From: Rhodothalassiaceae bacterium
Lineage (GTDB): Bacteria > Pseudomonadota > Alphaproteobacteria > Sphingomonadales > Rhodothalassiaceae
Direction of reading: 5' to 3'
Assembly: GCA_046753425.1 (NCBI GenBank)
Contig: JBHHTO010000001.1
Span: 1-42,681 of the forward strand
Length of the DNA stretch: 42,681 nucleotides
This document shows, in pieces, positions 8,803-18,090 of this stretch. Numbering within the stretch: the first letter of the stretch is position 1; every line of letters starts with the position of its first letter. The notes under the pieces were generated by a model. The model searched no databases and was not told where the DNA came from. It was given only the letters and a program-made list of their open reading frames with translations. The translations under genes and the position numbers were made by a program.

Positions 8803-9378
8803 TCAGGGCGTGGCCGTTTCGTCGCCACTGGCAGCGGCCGTCGCCGCCGGCAGGGGCGGCGGATTTTCAGTATTGGCGCGCAGGAAGGCGATCAGATTGG
8901 CCCGATCGCCCGCCTTCGGGATGCCGCCGAAGGCCATCTTGTTGCCGGGAATTGCCGCCTTCGGATCCGCAAGCCAGTGATCGAGCATCTCATAGGTCCA
9001 GGTGCCACCGTGCGACTTCAGCGCGTCCGAATAATTGAAGTCGTCGCGATGTGCGACCGGGGCGCCGACCACATTGTGCAGATTGGGGCCGACCTTGTTG
9101 CCATCGGCGGGGTTGACCGAATGGCAGGCCATGCATTTGGCAAAGACGCGCTTGCCCTTGTCCGGCGATGCACTGGCGAGCAGCTCGGCAAGCGTCGGCT
9201 CCGCGGTCGCGGCCGGTGCCGCCTCCGCCGATTCCGCGGCCTCGCTCTCGGCCACCGCGACTGCATAGGCCGGATGCTCGGGCGCCTCGACATCGAAAAC
9301 GCTTTCGCTGAGCATCGAGCCGACCTTGACCAGCAGCAGGCCGATCAGAAGGCTCGCCACGATCTTGTTGATCGTCAT
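8803..9378 (-). CDS. Membrane-anchored c-type cytochrome (CycM-like)
   Basis: The N-terminal anchor is MTINKIVASLLIGLLLVKVG. The heme motif is CMACHS with a distal Met region (IPGNKMAFGG). I chose the internal ATG at 9378. Confidence 0.85.
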   Translation of the reverse strand: MTINKIVASLLIGLLLVKVGSMLSESVFDVEAPEHPAYAVAVAESEAAESAEAAPAATAEPTLAELLASASPDKGKRVFAKCMACHSVNPADGNKVGPNLHNVVGAPVAHRDDFNYSDALKSHGGTWTYEMLDHWLADPKAAIPGNKMAFGGIPKAGDRANLIAFLRANTENPPPLPAATAAASGDETATP

Positions 9379-9562
9379 CGTGTCCACGGCGTCTCGCTCC
9401 CTCTCTCGCCACTCCATGCGCGCCGCCGCAAAGCGGTCGGTCGGCGCGGACCATAGACGCTCCGCACGCGCAAAAGCAAGCCTCGCGCAATGCGACCGTC
9501 TGTCTGGAACCGGGCGGCGATGGCAGGTCCTGAATCCCTCACACCACCGCCCGGGATCTCCC

Positions 9563-12253
9563 CTAGCGGGCCGAGAAGTAGTCGGTCACCTCAGCCGACC
9601 TGGCTGCCTTGAAGGCGGCGCACAGGCGGATCCGCTCGACCGTCTGGTCAAGCTCGCGCGGACCGCCCTCGAGAGCCTCGACCTTGTCGCGGAAGAAGGA
9701 CTCGATCTCGTCGGCCCGCTCATCGGAGCAGAAGCCGGCGCCGACATTCACCACCGCGCCCTTGCGCCAGGTCGGAATGCGCGGCAGCAGCTGGTCGAGA
9801 TGGCTCTTCGTCCAGTCCCAGATCGCGTCGCGCTGCTCCTTCGTACCGACCTGACCGAAGACGATCATGATCGCCTCATTGTCACGCAGGCGCGGATCGG
9901 GAATGAGCTCGCGCATCATCGCACCCACCGCCGGGTCCGGCGAGGAAGCGAGCGCGCCGAGCGCCCGTTGCCGGAAAATCGCGTCGCGCGAGCCGAGCGC
10001 CCGGTCGAGCAGCCGGCGGGCGAAATCGGCGTCCTCTTCAGCCACCGCGACGCGAAGCGCAATCCCGACCAGCGCCGGATCGATCGCCGAGCTGTCGACG
10101 GGGTCGCTGGCGAGATAGGCCAGCGCCTTTTCCTTCAGCGTTGCCCGCAAGGTCTCATCCTGCCCGAGATCGGCAAGAGCCGAGACCAGCGTTGGACGAA
10201 GAAGCGCATCATTGGTGCGCTCACCCGGTCTTGACGCGAGCCCTAACGCCGCCAGGCGCGGCCCGTAGAGCTCGCGCACGAAGGCCTCGATGCCGGCGGC
10301 TGCCGCCGCGTCCGCGGCCAGACGATCATGCATCGTCCGGAGCTCTCCGAGCGGCATCGTCGCGACCGCCCGCTTCGGCGAGGGGGCAAACGCGCGGAAG
10401 GCGTCCACCAGGGTGGCGGTCGCCGCATTTCCCGAATGGTAGGCAGCGGCAAGCGAGTCGAGGAGCGACTGTTCCTCGCGGTCATTGAGGGCATCGAGAT
10501 GACCGGAAAGTGCCGACCATCCCGCGGCATCGAGCGAGAAGCGGTAATAACCATTGGCATTGGCATTGGGCATCAGCCAGGCCGGGCAATGATCGTCGGG
10601 CAGCCGGATCGACGCCTCCTCGCTGTCGAGAAGGGTGCAGTAGCGGGCCCGCCCCTCCTTGCCGTCATAGGCAAGACAGACCGGGATCTGCCAGGTCTGC
10701 TTGCGATCACCCGTCGAGCCGAGCGGCAGATACCGCGCCTGCATGAGGGCGACCGTCGCCTCCGCATTGTCACAGGAGAGCGCGGCGGAAACGAGCGGCA
10801 CGCCGGGCTGGAAGAGGAAGCTCTTGAAGGCATCGACGACATCCGGCCGCTCCGCGCCTTCGGCCAGCGACTGAAGAAAGTCGTTGACGTCGGCAACGCC
10901 ATCGGCAAAGCGCCTCAGATGGAGCTGCACGCCCTTGCGGAAGGCCTCCTCGCCGAGCCAGGATTCGAACATCGCCAGCACCGCGGCCCCCTTCTGGTAG
11001 GTGATGCTGTCGAACGCCGTGGCGATGTCGTGGTTGGAGCGGATGGGCTGGCGGATCTGCCGCGCCGAGACCAGCTCGTCGGCGTGCATCACGCCGAGTG
11101 CCCCGCGCAGGATGCCATTCTCGAAGCCCTGGCCGGGCTGCCACATGGCGAGCGTCTTGTTGCCCATCCAGGTGGCGAAGGATTCATTGAGCCAGATGTC
11201 GTCCCACCATTTCGGCGTCACCAGATCACCGAACCACTGATGCGCCAGCTCGTGCGCCATGACGCTCGCATAGGCGCGCTTGCGGCCGAGCGAGGCGCTG
11301 TCATCGAGCAGCAGGAGCTGCTCGCGGAAGGTGATGGCGCCGACATTCTCCATCGCGCCGGCGGCAAAATCGGGCACCGCGATGAGGTCGAGCTTGGGAT
11401 AGGGGAAGGCGATCCGGAAATAGCCCTCCTCGGTCTCGATGATGCCGCGCGCATGTTCGAGCGCATAGGCGAGCTGCTTCCCCTTGCCCTTCGTCGCGAC
11501 GCCGCGCAGCGGCAGCGGGTGGTCGCGTATCTCGGTCGGTGGCAGCGGCTCGGCCTCGACCACGTCGAGCGGCCCGACCGCAAAGGCGATGAGATAGGTG
11601 GGAAGCGGCGGCGTCGTGGCGAAAGTCCGTTTCACCAGCCCCTCGCCGGCCGGCGTGACGCCCGTTTCCGGGGTCGTCGTGATCACCGCCGCGTCCTCAT
11701 GCGCGGTCACCGCGATGTCAAAGGGGGTCTTGAAGGCCGGCTCGTCAAAGCCCGGGAAGGCCCAGCGGGCCGAGGTCGCCTCGAACCGCGTGAAGGCATA
11801 GTCCAGCCCCCCGTCGGTCACCTTGTAGAGCCCTTCGAGTGCGTCGTTGAAGGGCGCCGTATAGACGAAATGGAGACGCCCGGGACCTTTTGGCGGAACC
11901 GACGCGAGGGTCAGCTTCACGACCCCCGTCTTGTCCGCCTCTTCATAGGTCGCCTCGATGCGTTTTCCACCCGCCTCGAGCCAGGCCTCGGACACCTTGA
12001 GCGCCATGCCATGCAGCCAGATGACCGGCGACGGCCGGTTGATCTCGACATCGATCGCCACCCTGCCCGAGAAATCCTCCTTCTCGGGAAGGATGGTGAG
12101 GTCGAGATCATAATGCGTGGGCACCACCGCATCGCCGAGCTGCCCCGTCGGCATGGGTGGCGCGGCACCTTCGCTCGTGCCGGCGGTGTTTGAGCCGTCA
12201 CAGGCCGCAAGAAGAAGTGCGGCGGTCGCGATCAGACGACGCCAGGCGCGCAT
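9563..12253 (-). CDS. M1-family zinc aminopeptidase (aminopeptidase N-like), probable lipoprotein
   Basis: The GAMEN exopeptidase motif (AAGAMENVG) and HELAHQWFGDLV...WLNESFA (HExxH-18-E) are present. The start at MRAWRRLIATAALLLAAC gives a lipobox-like signal. Confidence 0.9.
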   Translation of the reverse strand: MRAWRRLIATAALLLAACDGSNTAGTSEGAAPPMPTGQLGDAVVPTHYDLDLTILPEKEDFSGRVAIDVEINRPSPVIWLHGMALKVSEAWLEAGGKRIEATYEEADKTGVVKLTLASVPPKGPGRLHFVYTAPFNDALEGLYKVTDGGLDYAFTRFEATSARWAFPGFDEPAFKTPFDIAVTAHEDAAVITTTPETGVTPAGEGLVKRTFATTPPLPTYLIAFAVGPLDVVEAEPLPPTEIRDHPLPLRGVATKGKGKQLAYALEHARGIIETEEGYFRIAFPYPKLDLIAVPDFAAGAMENVGAITFREQLLLLDDSASLGRKRAYASVMAHELAHQWFGDLVTPKWWDDIWLNESFATWMGNKTLAMWQPGQGFENGILRGALGVMHADELVSARQIRQPIRSNHDIATAFDSITYQKGAAVLAMFESWLGEEAFRKGVQLHLRRFADGVADVNDFLQSLAEGAERPDVVDAFKSFLFQPGVPLVSAALSCDNAEATVALMQARYLPLGSTGDRKQTWQIPVCLAYDGKEGRARYCTLLDSEEASIRLPDDHCPAWLMPNANANGYYRFSLDAAGWSALSGHLDALNDREEQSLLDSLAAAYHSGNAATATLVDAFRAFAPSPKRAVATMPLGELRTMHDRLAADAAAAAGIEAFVRELYGPRLAALGLASRPGERTNDALLRPTLVSALADLGQDETLRATLKEKALAYLASDPVDSSAIDPALVGIALRVAVAEEDADFARRLLDRALGSRDAIFRQRALGALASSPDPAVGAMMRELIPDPRLRDNEAIMIVFGQVGTKEQRDAIWDWTKSHLDQLLPRIPTWRKGAVVNVGAGFCSDERADEIESFFRDKVEALEGGPRELDQTVERIRLCAAFKAARSAEVTDYFSAR

Positions 12254-12301
12254 ATCCTGTCTCCCCGAAATGGCTTGTTGCTGTCGTGGCGGCAACACTA
12301 A

Positions 12302-13240
12302 TCACTGGCCGGCGCTCGCGTCCAGCCACGATTTGATGAGATGGTGCGCGATGGCCATCGGCGGCGGCAGGAAGAATCCCGGGCTACCGCCGGCCAGCGC
12401 CGCCGCAACCTCGTCGCGGCGCACCCAGCGGGCATCCTCGAGTTCGTTGCGGTCCAGCCGGAGCGTGAAGCGCCGCGGGGTGGCGAGAAATCCGAGCATC
12501 AGATTGGCGGGAAAGGGCCAGGGCTGGCTGCCGGCATAGCGGATGTCGCCAACCTCGACGCCGGCTTCCTCATGCACCTCCCGGCGCACCGCGGCCTCCG
12601 CGGTCTCGCCGGGCTCGACGAAGCCGGCGAGGGCGGAATACATGCCCGGCGGAAAATGCGCCTGCCGGCCGAGCAGGCAGCGCTCATGATCGCCGACGAG
12701 CATGATCACCACCGGATCGGTGCGCGGAAAATGCTCGACACCGCAGCGCGCACAAGAGCGCTGATAGCCGGCACGGCGCGGCGTTGTCAGCGCGCCACAG
12801 CGGGCGCAGAAACGGTGCCGCCGGTGCCAGTCCAGAAGCGCGAGCGCCTGCGCGATGACACCCGTTTCGTCCTCCCCCGCAGCCGTCGCCGCCCATTGCA
12901 TCGCGATCGAACGGGCATCGAGATCGACAAGGCCATCGCGAGGAGCCATGCCGCTGCCGTCGATCGCGAAATGGGGCTGGCCATCCCGGTCGATGCCGAG
13001 AAGGACCCAGGGTGCGCCCTGTTCCATTGCGCAATGGAGGGCATCCGCGTCATGCCAGGCGATCCGCGGCGGGATGCCGGCGGCCATGCGCACCCGATTG
13101 TCCCGGACGACGAGGAAGCGCCCGCGTCGCAAGGCGGCGGCGAGCCAGGCATCGTCGCCCCGCCGGTCCTCGGCGCGGTCGAGCGGGCAGGCGCAGAAAG
13201 CGGGGCCCCGGCCGGGGCGCGGAGCGGATCCCCTATCCAT
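12302..13240 (-). CDS. nudC: NAD+ diphosphatase / NADH pyrophosphatase (Nudix, zinc-ribbon)
   Basis: The zinc ribbon is CARCGALTTPRRAGYQRSCARCGVEHFPRTDP. The Nudix box is GFVEPGETAEAAVRREVHEEAGV. The ATG at 13240 is preceded by AGGAAA; the GTG at 13300 is an alternative start. Confidence 0.85.
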   Translation of the reverse strand: MDRGSAPRPGRGPAFCACPLDRAEDRRGDDAWLAAALRRGRFLVVRDNRVRMAAGIPPRIAWHDADALHCAMEQGAPWVLLGIDRDGQPHFAIDGSGMAPRDGLVDLDARSIAMQWAATAAGEDETGVIAQALALLDWHRRHRFCARCGALTTPRRAGYQRSCARCGVEHFPRTDPVVIMLVGDHERCLLGRQAHFPPGMYSALAGFVEPGETAEAAVRREVHEEAGVEVGDIRYAGSQPWPFPANLMLGFLATPRRFTLRLDRNELEDARWVRRDEVAAALAGGSPGFFLPPPMAIAHHLIKSWLDASAGQ

Positions 13241-13320
13241 GGCCGTTTCCTGCCACAGAATGGCGGGGGGTCCAAGATCGGGCCTTGCAAGGTCGTTCAC
13301 AAGCGCGCATATAGCGCCGC

Positions 13321-13410
13321 GGGAGCGGTGCGGACGGGCCGGTCGCCAATCCGGTCAGGTCCGGAAGGAAGCAGCCGTAACGATTTTGGTCCGGGTCGCG
13401 CCGTCTCCCA
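13321..13410 (+). ncRNA. ffs: Signal recognition particle RNA (small bacterial 4.5S type)
   Basis: The sequence contains the invariant domain IV core GGTCAGGTCCGGAAGGAAGCAGCC. The 5' GGGAGCGGTGCG pairs with the 3' CGCGCCGTCTCCC to close a long hairpin. It lies directly upstream of dnaX, a common bacterial arrangement. The ends are approximate to within a few nt. Confidence 0.9.
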
Positions 13411-13529
13411 CCTCCTTCCCCCCGCTTTCACCCGACGGGACGCGCGCGGGACTTGCCCGGCGCGAGGCAGCCTGTAGCATGGAGCCAGACCCCGCCGGGC
13501 GGACGGCGGACAAGGACGGGGAGTCGCGC

Positions 13530-15296
13530 ATGTCGACCAAGGAGGCGGCCTATCGCGTTCTGGCGCGCAAGTACCGGCCGCAGAGTTTTGACACCCTGAT
13601 CGGCCAGGAGGCGATGGTGAAAACGCTCGCCAACGCCATCGCCAGCGGGCGCATCGCGCATGCCTTCCTGCTCACCGGGGTGCGCGGAGTGGGCAAGACG
13701 ACAACGGCACGACTCATCGCCCGCGCCCTCAACTGCGTCGGTGCCGACGGGACGGGCGGTCCGACCACCAGCCCCTGTGGCATCTGCGACCCCTGCGTCG
13801 CGATCGCCGAGTCGCGGCATGTCGATGTCATCGAGATGGACGCGGCGAGCCACACCGGCATCGACAATATTCGCGAGATCGTCGACAGCGTCGCCTTCGC
13901 GCCGGCCGCCGCGCGCTTCAAGGTCTATATCATCGACGAGGTGCACATGCTCTCGAAGGGCGCCTTCAACGCGCTCCTCAAGACGCTCGAGGAACCGCCG
14001 GAGCATGTGAAATTCATCTTCGCCACCACCGAGATCCGCAAGGTCCCGGTGACCATTCTGTCACGCTGCCAGCGCTTCGACCTGCGCCGCGTCGATGCCG
14101 ATCTGCTGGTCGCACATCTCATGCGCATCGCGGGCGAGGAGAAGGTGGAAGCCGAAAAGCCGGCCCTGCGCCTCATCGCGCGGGCGGCCGAGGGCTCGGT
14201 GCGCGATGCGCTGTCGCTTCTCGACCAGGCGATCGCCCATGGCGGCGGCACGGTGGAGGAGGCATCGGTGCGCGACATGCTCGGGCTTGCCGACCGCGGC
14301 CGTATTCTCGAACTCGCCCGCGCCGTCCTCGCCGGCAAGCTCGATGACATGCTTGCACTCTTGCGCGAGCAATATGAACTCGGTGTCGATCCTGCGGTCG
14401 TGATCGGCGATCTTCTCGAGACCGTCCACTGGCTGACGCGCCTCAAGCTCGCCCCCGAATCGGCAACCGAAGGCGTTCCCGGCGATCAGGCGGCGCGGGG
14501 TCGAGAGATGGCCGACAAGCTGGCGATGGCGGATCTGACGCGGGCCTGGCAGATGCTGCTCAAGGGGCTGTCCGAGGTGCGCATCGCGCCGGCGCCGGCC
14601 ATGGCCGCAGAGATGGTGCTCATCCGCCTTGCCTATGCCGCCGACCTGCCGAGCCCGGCGGAGGCCTTGCGCGCACTTGCCGGGAAGGACGACGCGCCGC
14701 CGCCCGCAGCGCCGACCGGAGATGCGGGCGGGATCGCACGGCAGGCGCCGGCGGCCCGCGCCACCAGACAGGGAGCAAAGGCGGCGGCGGAGCCGGAGGC
14801 GACCATGCGCTCCGGCAACACGGTCCTGGCGCTGCGCCGGGACGAGGCGACGACACCAGGCGCCACGCATCCGGTGCCGGCCGATTTCGCGGCTCTTGTC
14901 AGGCTCTTTCATGCCGAGCGCGAGCCGGTGCTCGCCACCATGCTCAAGGATCATGTGCGGCTCGTCGACTATCGGCCGGGGCGGCTCACGATTCACCCCA
15001 CCGAACGCGCGGCGCCCGACCTTGCGCACCGCGTCAGGGCCTGCCTCGAGCGCTGGACGGGGCAGGACTGGCAAATCGTGCTGTCAGCAGCGGTCGGCGA
15101 GGCCTCGCTGCGGGAAAAAGAGCTTGCACATCGTGCCCGCCTGCGCGAGGAAGCGCTCGCGCATCCCCTGGTGCGGGCGGTGATGGAGAGCTTTCCCGGC
15201 GCCACGCTTGCGGATGTGCGCGAGCGCGACGAGCCGGCCGGCTTCACCCCCGGAGCGGCCGGCGACGAAGCGATAAGCGAGGAGGATTTGTCGTGA
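13530..15296 (+). CDS. dnaX: DNA polymerase III subunit gamma/tau
   Basis: YRVLARKYRPQSFDTLIGQE, the Walker A GVRGVGKTTTARL, the zinc module CGICDPC, the DEVHML box and SRCQRFDL are all present. The long N-terminal extension in the ORF track (12855..) overlaps nudC and ffs and is not coding. ATG 13479 is an alternative start. Confidence 0.92.
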   Translation: MSTKEAAYRVLARKYRPQSFDTLIGQEAMVKTLANAIASGRIAHAFLLTGVRGVGKTTTARLIARALNCVGADGTGGPTTSPCGICDPCVAIAESRHVDVIEMDAASHTGIDNIREIVDSVAFAPAAARFKVYIIDEVHMLSKGAFNALLKTLEEPPEHVKFIFATTEIRKVPVTILSRCQRFDLRRVDADLLVAHLMRIAGEEKVEAEKPALRLIARAAEGSVRDALSLLDQAIAHGGGTVEEASVRDMLGLADRGRILELARAVLAGKLDDMLALLREQYELGVDPAVVIGDLLETVHWLTRLKLAPESATEGVPGDQAARGREMADKLAMADLTRAWQMLLKGLSEVRIAPAPAMAAEMVLIRLAYAADLPSPAEALRALAGKDDAPPPAAPTGDAGGIARQAPAARATRQGAKAAAEPEATMRSGNTVLALRRDEATTPGATHPVPADFAALVRLFHAEREPVLATMLKDHVRLVDYRPGRLTIHPTERAAPDLAHRVRACLERWTGQDWQIVLSAAVGEASLREKELAHRARLREEALAHPLVRAVMESFPGATLADVRERDEPAGFTPGAAGDEAISEEDLS

Positions 15297-15616
15297 AGAA
15301 TCTGAGCCAGATGCTCAAGCAGGCCCAGGCCGTGCAACAGAAGATGGCGGACATGCAGGCCGAACTCGAGACCATCGAGGTCGAGGGCGAGGCCGGCGGC
15401 GGCATGGTGCGCGTGCGTCTGAGCGCCAAGGGAGAGATGCGGGCGCTGCGGCTCGACCCCACCCTCTTCAAGGAAGAGGACCCCGGCCTCGTCGAGGATC
15501 TGATCATCGCCGCCCACAATGACGCGCGCGAAAAGGCACAGGTCCGCATGCAGGAGGAAATGGCGCGCATTACCGGCGGGCTCGGCCTTCCCGAGGGATT
15601 CAAGCTCCCCTTCTGA
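15293..15616 (+). CDS. ybaB: YbaB/EbfC nucleoid-associated protein
   Basis: The 107-aa product begins [26 protein letters not shown]. The GTG start overlaps the dnaX stop (GTGA) and a GAGGAGGA RBS lies upstream. Confidence 0.9.
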   Translation: MKNLSQMLKQAQAVQQKMADMQAELETIEVEGEAGGGMVRVRLSAKGEMRALRLDPTLFKEEDPGLVEDLIIAAHNDAREKAQVRMQEEMARITGGLGLPEGFKLPF

Positions 15617-15638
15617 GCCGCTACAGGCAGGTCCGGTC

Positions 15639-16265
15639 ATGAGCGAGAAGGCGGACGCCGCGAACAGCACAAGCAACGGCACAGGCATCGAGTCGCTGAT
15701 CCGGCTTCTCGCCAGGCTGCCGGGGCTCGGGCCCCGCTCGGCACGCCGCGCGGTCCTGCACCTGATCAGGAAGCGCGAGGCGCTGATGCAGCCGCTGGCG
15801 CGCGCGCTCGACGCGGTGGCACAGGCGATCCGCATCTGCACGACCTGCGGCAATGTCGACACCACCGATCCCTGCGCCATCTGTCGCGATCCGCGGCGCG
15901 ATGCGGCGCATCTCTGCGTTGTCGAGGATGTCGGCGACCTCTGGGCGCTCGAACGCTCCGGGCTCTTTCGCGGTCGCTATCATGTGCTCGGCGGCACCTT
16001 GTCGGCGCTCGACGGCATCGGACCCGAGGATCTGGCCATCGGCAGTCTCGTCGCCCGGGTCGGGAAGGGCGGGATCGAGGAGGTGATTCTCGCCCTCAAT
16101 GCCACCGTCGACGGCCAGACCACCGCGCATTACATCACCGAGCGCCTGTCCGGATACCCGGTCCGGGTGACCGCCCTCGCCCACGGCGTGCCGGTGGGCG
16201 GCGAGCTCGACTATCTCGATGACGGGACGCTGGCGGCGGCGCTCAAGGCGCGCCATCCGGTCTAG
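15639..16265 (+). CDS. recR: Recombination protein RecR
   Basis: [19 protein letters not shown] is the helix-hairpin-helix. The zinc finger is [16 protein letters not shown] and the Toprim region is [15 protein letters not shown]. Confidence 0.92.
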   Translation: MSEKADAANSTSNGTGIESLIRLLARLPGLGPRSARRAVLHLIRKREALMQPLARALDAVAQAIRICTTCGNVDTTDPCAICRDPRRDAAHLCVVEDVGDLWALERSGLFRGRYHVLGGTLSALDGIGPEDLAIGSLVARVGKGGIEEVILALNATVDGQTTAHYITERLSGYPVRVTALAHGVPVGGELDYLDDGTLAAALKARHPV

Positions 16266-16791
16266 CCGGCGGCGTCTCCTTGTCTTCCCCCTCCCCGTCC
16301 TGCCGGGGATGTCCGGAGCGCCATTCGCTCCGTGCCTGCAACTCGGCCAGCTTTTCGGCCATGCGCCGGCGTTCCTCCGGCGTCATTCTCATCGCCGCCT
16401 CAAGGATCGTCTCCTCGAGCGGGCGCTGCAGCGCGACAAGCCCTTCCGCCAGACGGTCGAAGGCGGCCCGCAGCGCCGCCTCGTCGAGCTCGGGCGCCGA
16501 CAGCAGGCGGATGATCTCGCGCCGCGCCTCATGAATGGCGGCGATCCGCGGCAGGACCTCGTCGCGACGGGCGCGCATGCTGTCGCCGAGAGCCCGCCGC
16601 GCCTCCCCGGACAGCGTTGCGCCGAGCGCCCTGAGCTCGAGCCGCATGGTCAGTGTCTCGCCATGATGCGCATGGCGGTGACGCCCCTCGTGGTGCCAGA
16701 CACTCCGCCCGACCAGGAAGGCGGCGAAAAAGATGTTGAGAATGATCGATGCGACCAGAGCCGCAACGAGCCATTTCCTGGATCCGGTCAT
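16243..16791 (-). CDS. Membrane-anchored periplasmic heavy-metal-sensor-like protein (CnrX/Spy/ZraP-like helical protein)
   Basis: The N-terminal TM segment is [22 protein letters not shown], followed by a His-rich stretch [13 protein letters not shown] and then helical repeats ([16 protein letters not shown]). It has a 4-nt overlap with the upstream anti-sigma-like gene. Confidence 0.6.
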   Translation of the reverse strand: MTGSRKWLVAALVASIILNIFFAAFLVGRSVWHHEGRHRHAHHGETLTMRLELRALGATLSGEARRALGDSMRARRDEVLPRIAAIHEARREIIRLLSAPELDEAALRAAFDRLAEGLVALQRPLEETILEAAMRMTPEERRRMAEKLAELQARSEWRSGHPRQDGEGEDKETPPARPDGAP

Positions 16792-17243
16792 TTGCCGTCC
16801 TCGTTCGGGAGGTCGAGCTCGCCACCGAGCACATAGTTCGACAGATCGAACGCCTCCACTCTCTCGCCGCCGCTATGCGCCCCGAGCCAGAGGCCGGCGC
16901 CGATCGCAAGCGCGAGCGCCATGATCTCGCCCGCCAGCGCCCGCGGCGTGAGAATGGCGGCAAATCCCGCCACCAGGCGCGCGAGCGCGCCCTCCTGTGC
17001 GAAGGGCCGGCTGGCGGGGATGGCCTCCAGCCGCGCGAGAAGATCGCGCGACGCGGGCGCGGGTGGCGGCAACTGCGCAAGCTGGCGATCGAGGCGGGCG
17101 GCAGCGGCAAGATGCCGGCGTCCCTCCGCGCTCGCGGCAAATGCCTGCGCGGCCCCGCGCTCGGCGTCGGGCCAGCGCGCCGGGTCGGCACCATAGGCCG
17201 CGACAAGAGCGGCAAACCGGTTTTCGGTCATCTTCCTCGTCAT
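16788..17243 (-). CDS. Putative anti-sigma factor (single-pass membrane protein)
   Basis: The start overlaps the ECF sigma stop (ATGA). The N-terminal cytoplasmic helix region is FAALVAAYGADPARWPDAERGAAQAF, and there is one TM segment (IMALALAIGAGLWLG). The call rests on position and topology only. Confidence 0.5.
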   Translation of the reverse strand: MTRKMTENRFAALVAAYGADPARWPDAERGAAQAFAASAEGRRHLAAAARLDRQLAQLPPPAPASRDLLARLEAIPASRPFAQEGALARLVAGFAAILTPRALAGEIMALALAIGAGLWLGAHSGGERVEAFDLSNYVLGGELDLPNEDGK

Positions 17244-17797
17244 CTGTCGACCTCCGCCACCAGCGTGGTCCTCAATTGACGGCGCGCCCGCACAAGCAGC
17301 GACTCCAGTGCCTTCACGCTCACCCCCAGAATATCCGCCGCCTCCCGGTTCGTCAGGTCCTCATAATAGCAAAGCGTCACCGCCAGCCTCTGCCGCGCCG
17401 GCAGGCCATCGAGCGCGCGCCGCACCGCAACCGCCTGCTGTGTCTGCGCAATCGCCGCCTCGGCACCCACCGTCCCCTCGTCGGCCGTGTCCCAGCCCTC
17501 GGGCAAGGGTCGCGTCCGGCCGCGGCGGCGCAGGCGGTCGGTACAGGCATTGGCAACCACGCGATAGAACCAGGTCGTGAAGCGTGCCGCCTTGGGGTCG
17601 AAACGGCCGGCATGCACCCAGAAACGGGAAAAGGCGTCCTGCAGCACATCCTCCGCCTCCGTGCGATCGCCGAGCACGCGCTCGGCCATGGCGAGAAAGC
17701 GATCCGCGTGGCGCCGCACAAGGAGGGCGAACGCCATCCGGTCACCGACGGCCACCCGGCCGACGAGCGTCTCGTCGCTCACCGGTCCGGTTGCCAC
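17240..17797 (-). CDS. ECF-type RNA polymerase sigma-70 family factor
   Basis: Region 2 is DRMAFALLVRRHADRFLAMAERVLGDRTEAEDVLQDAFSRFW and region 4 is LPARQRLAVTLCYYEDLTNREAADILGVSVKALESLLVRARRQL. The start is uncertain: GTG at 17797 after GAGGAG, or GTG at 17836. Confidence 0.85.
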   Translation of the reverse strand: MATGPVSDETLVGRVAVGDRMAFALLVRRHADRFLAMAERVLGDRTEAEDVLQDAFSRFWVHAGRFDPKAARFTTWFYRVVANACTDRLRRRGRTRPLPEGWDTADEGTVGAEAAIAQTQQAVAVRRALDGLPARQRLAVTLCYYEDLTNREAADILGVSVKALESLLVRARRQLRTTLVAEVDR

Positions 17798-17912
17798 GCG
17801 CTCCTCGCCGTGCGACCCGGGCGTCCGATCATTCACTCCGCCGCCTCTTTGGTCCCTGATACGCTTGACCCCGCCCCCGCCCTGCGGGCGTAAGCCGCTG
17901 CGGCGCTCCTCG

Positions 17913-17941
17913 ATATGGCAAGTTGCAGGGTGACGGCCAAG
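17913..17941 (-). promoter_or_regulatory. Putative sigma70-type promoter upstream of the ECF sigma operon (CTTGGC-N17-CCATAT on the minus strand)
   Basis: The hexamers and 17-nt spacer were read directly and resemble the alphaproteobacterial CTTGAC-N17-CTATAT consensus. I could not find a clear ECF-type GGAAC...CGT motif. Confidence 0.25.
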
Positions 17942-18090
17942 TATATTCGTGCCGGCATAGCGGGCGCTTGGCGCCATCCGGCATGCACCACGCGAATGAG
18001 CCGGCCTGTCGGGAGCCGCAGCCACCTGGCATTCGTCTCGCGCGTGTCGAAGGGCGAACGGAAGGCGTACCCCTGGCCCAGCCCTCGTGC

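Noticed and set aside
10328-12193. A 621-aa plus-strand ORF.
   Set aside because: It is antisense to the M1 aminopeptidase gene (GAMEN and HExxH motifs). It has no motifs of its own and an Arg/Gly-rich composition.
12855-13529. The N-terminal 225-codon extension of the dnaX frame.
   Set aside because: It overlaps the nudC coding sequence and the SRP RNA. DnaX homology begins only at MSTKEAAYRVLARKYRPQ (13530).
13530-15296. A possible programmed -1 frameshift site in dnaX (gamma subunit production, as in E. coli).
   Set aside because: I found no A-AAA-AAG-type slippery heptamer in the gene. Alphaproteobacteria are known to generate gamma by other means, so nothing supports a recoding site here.
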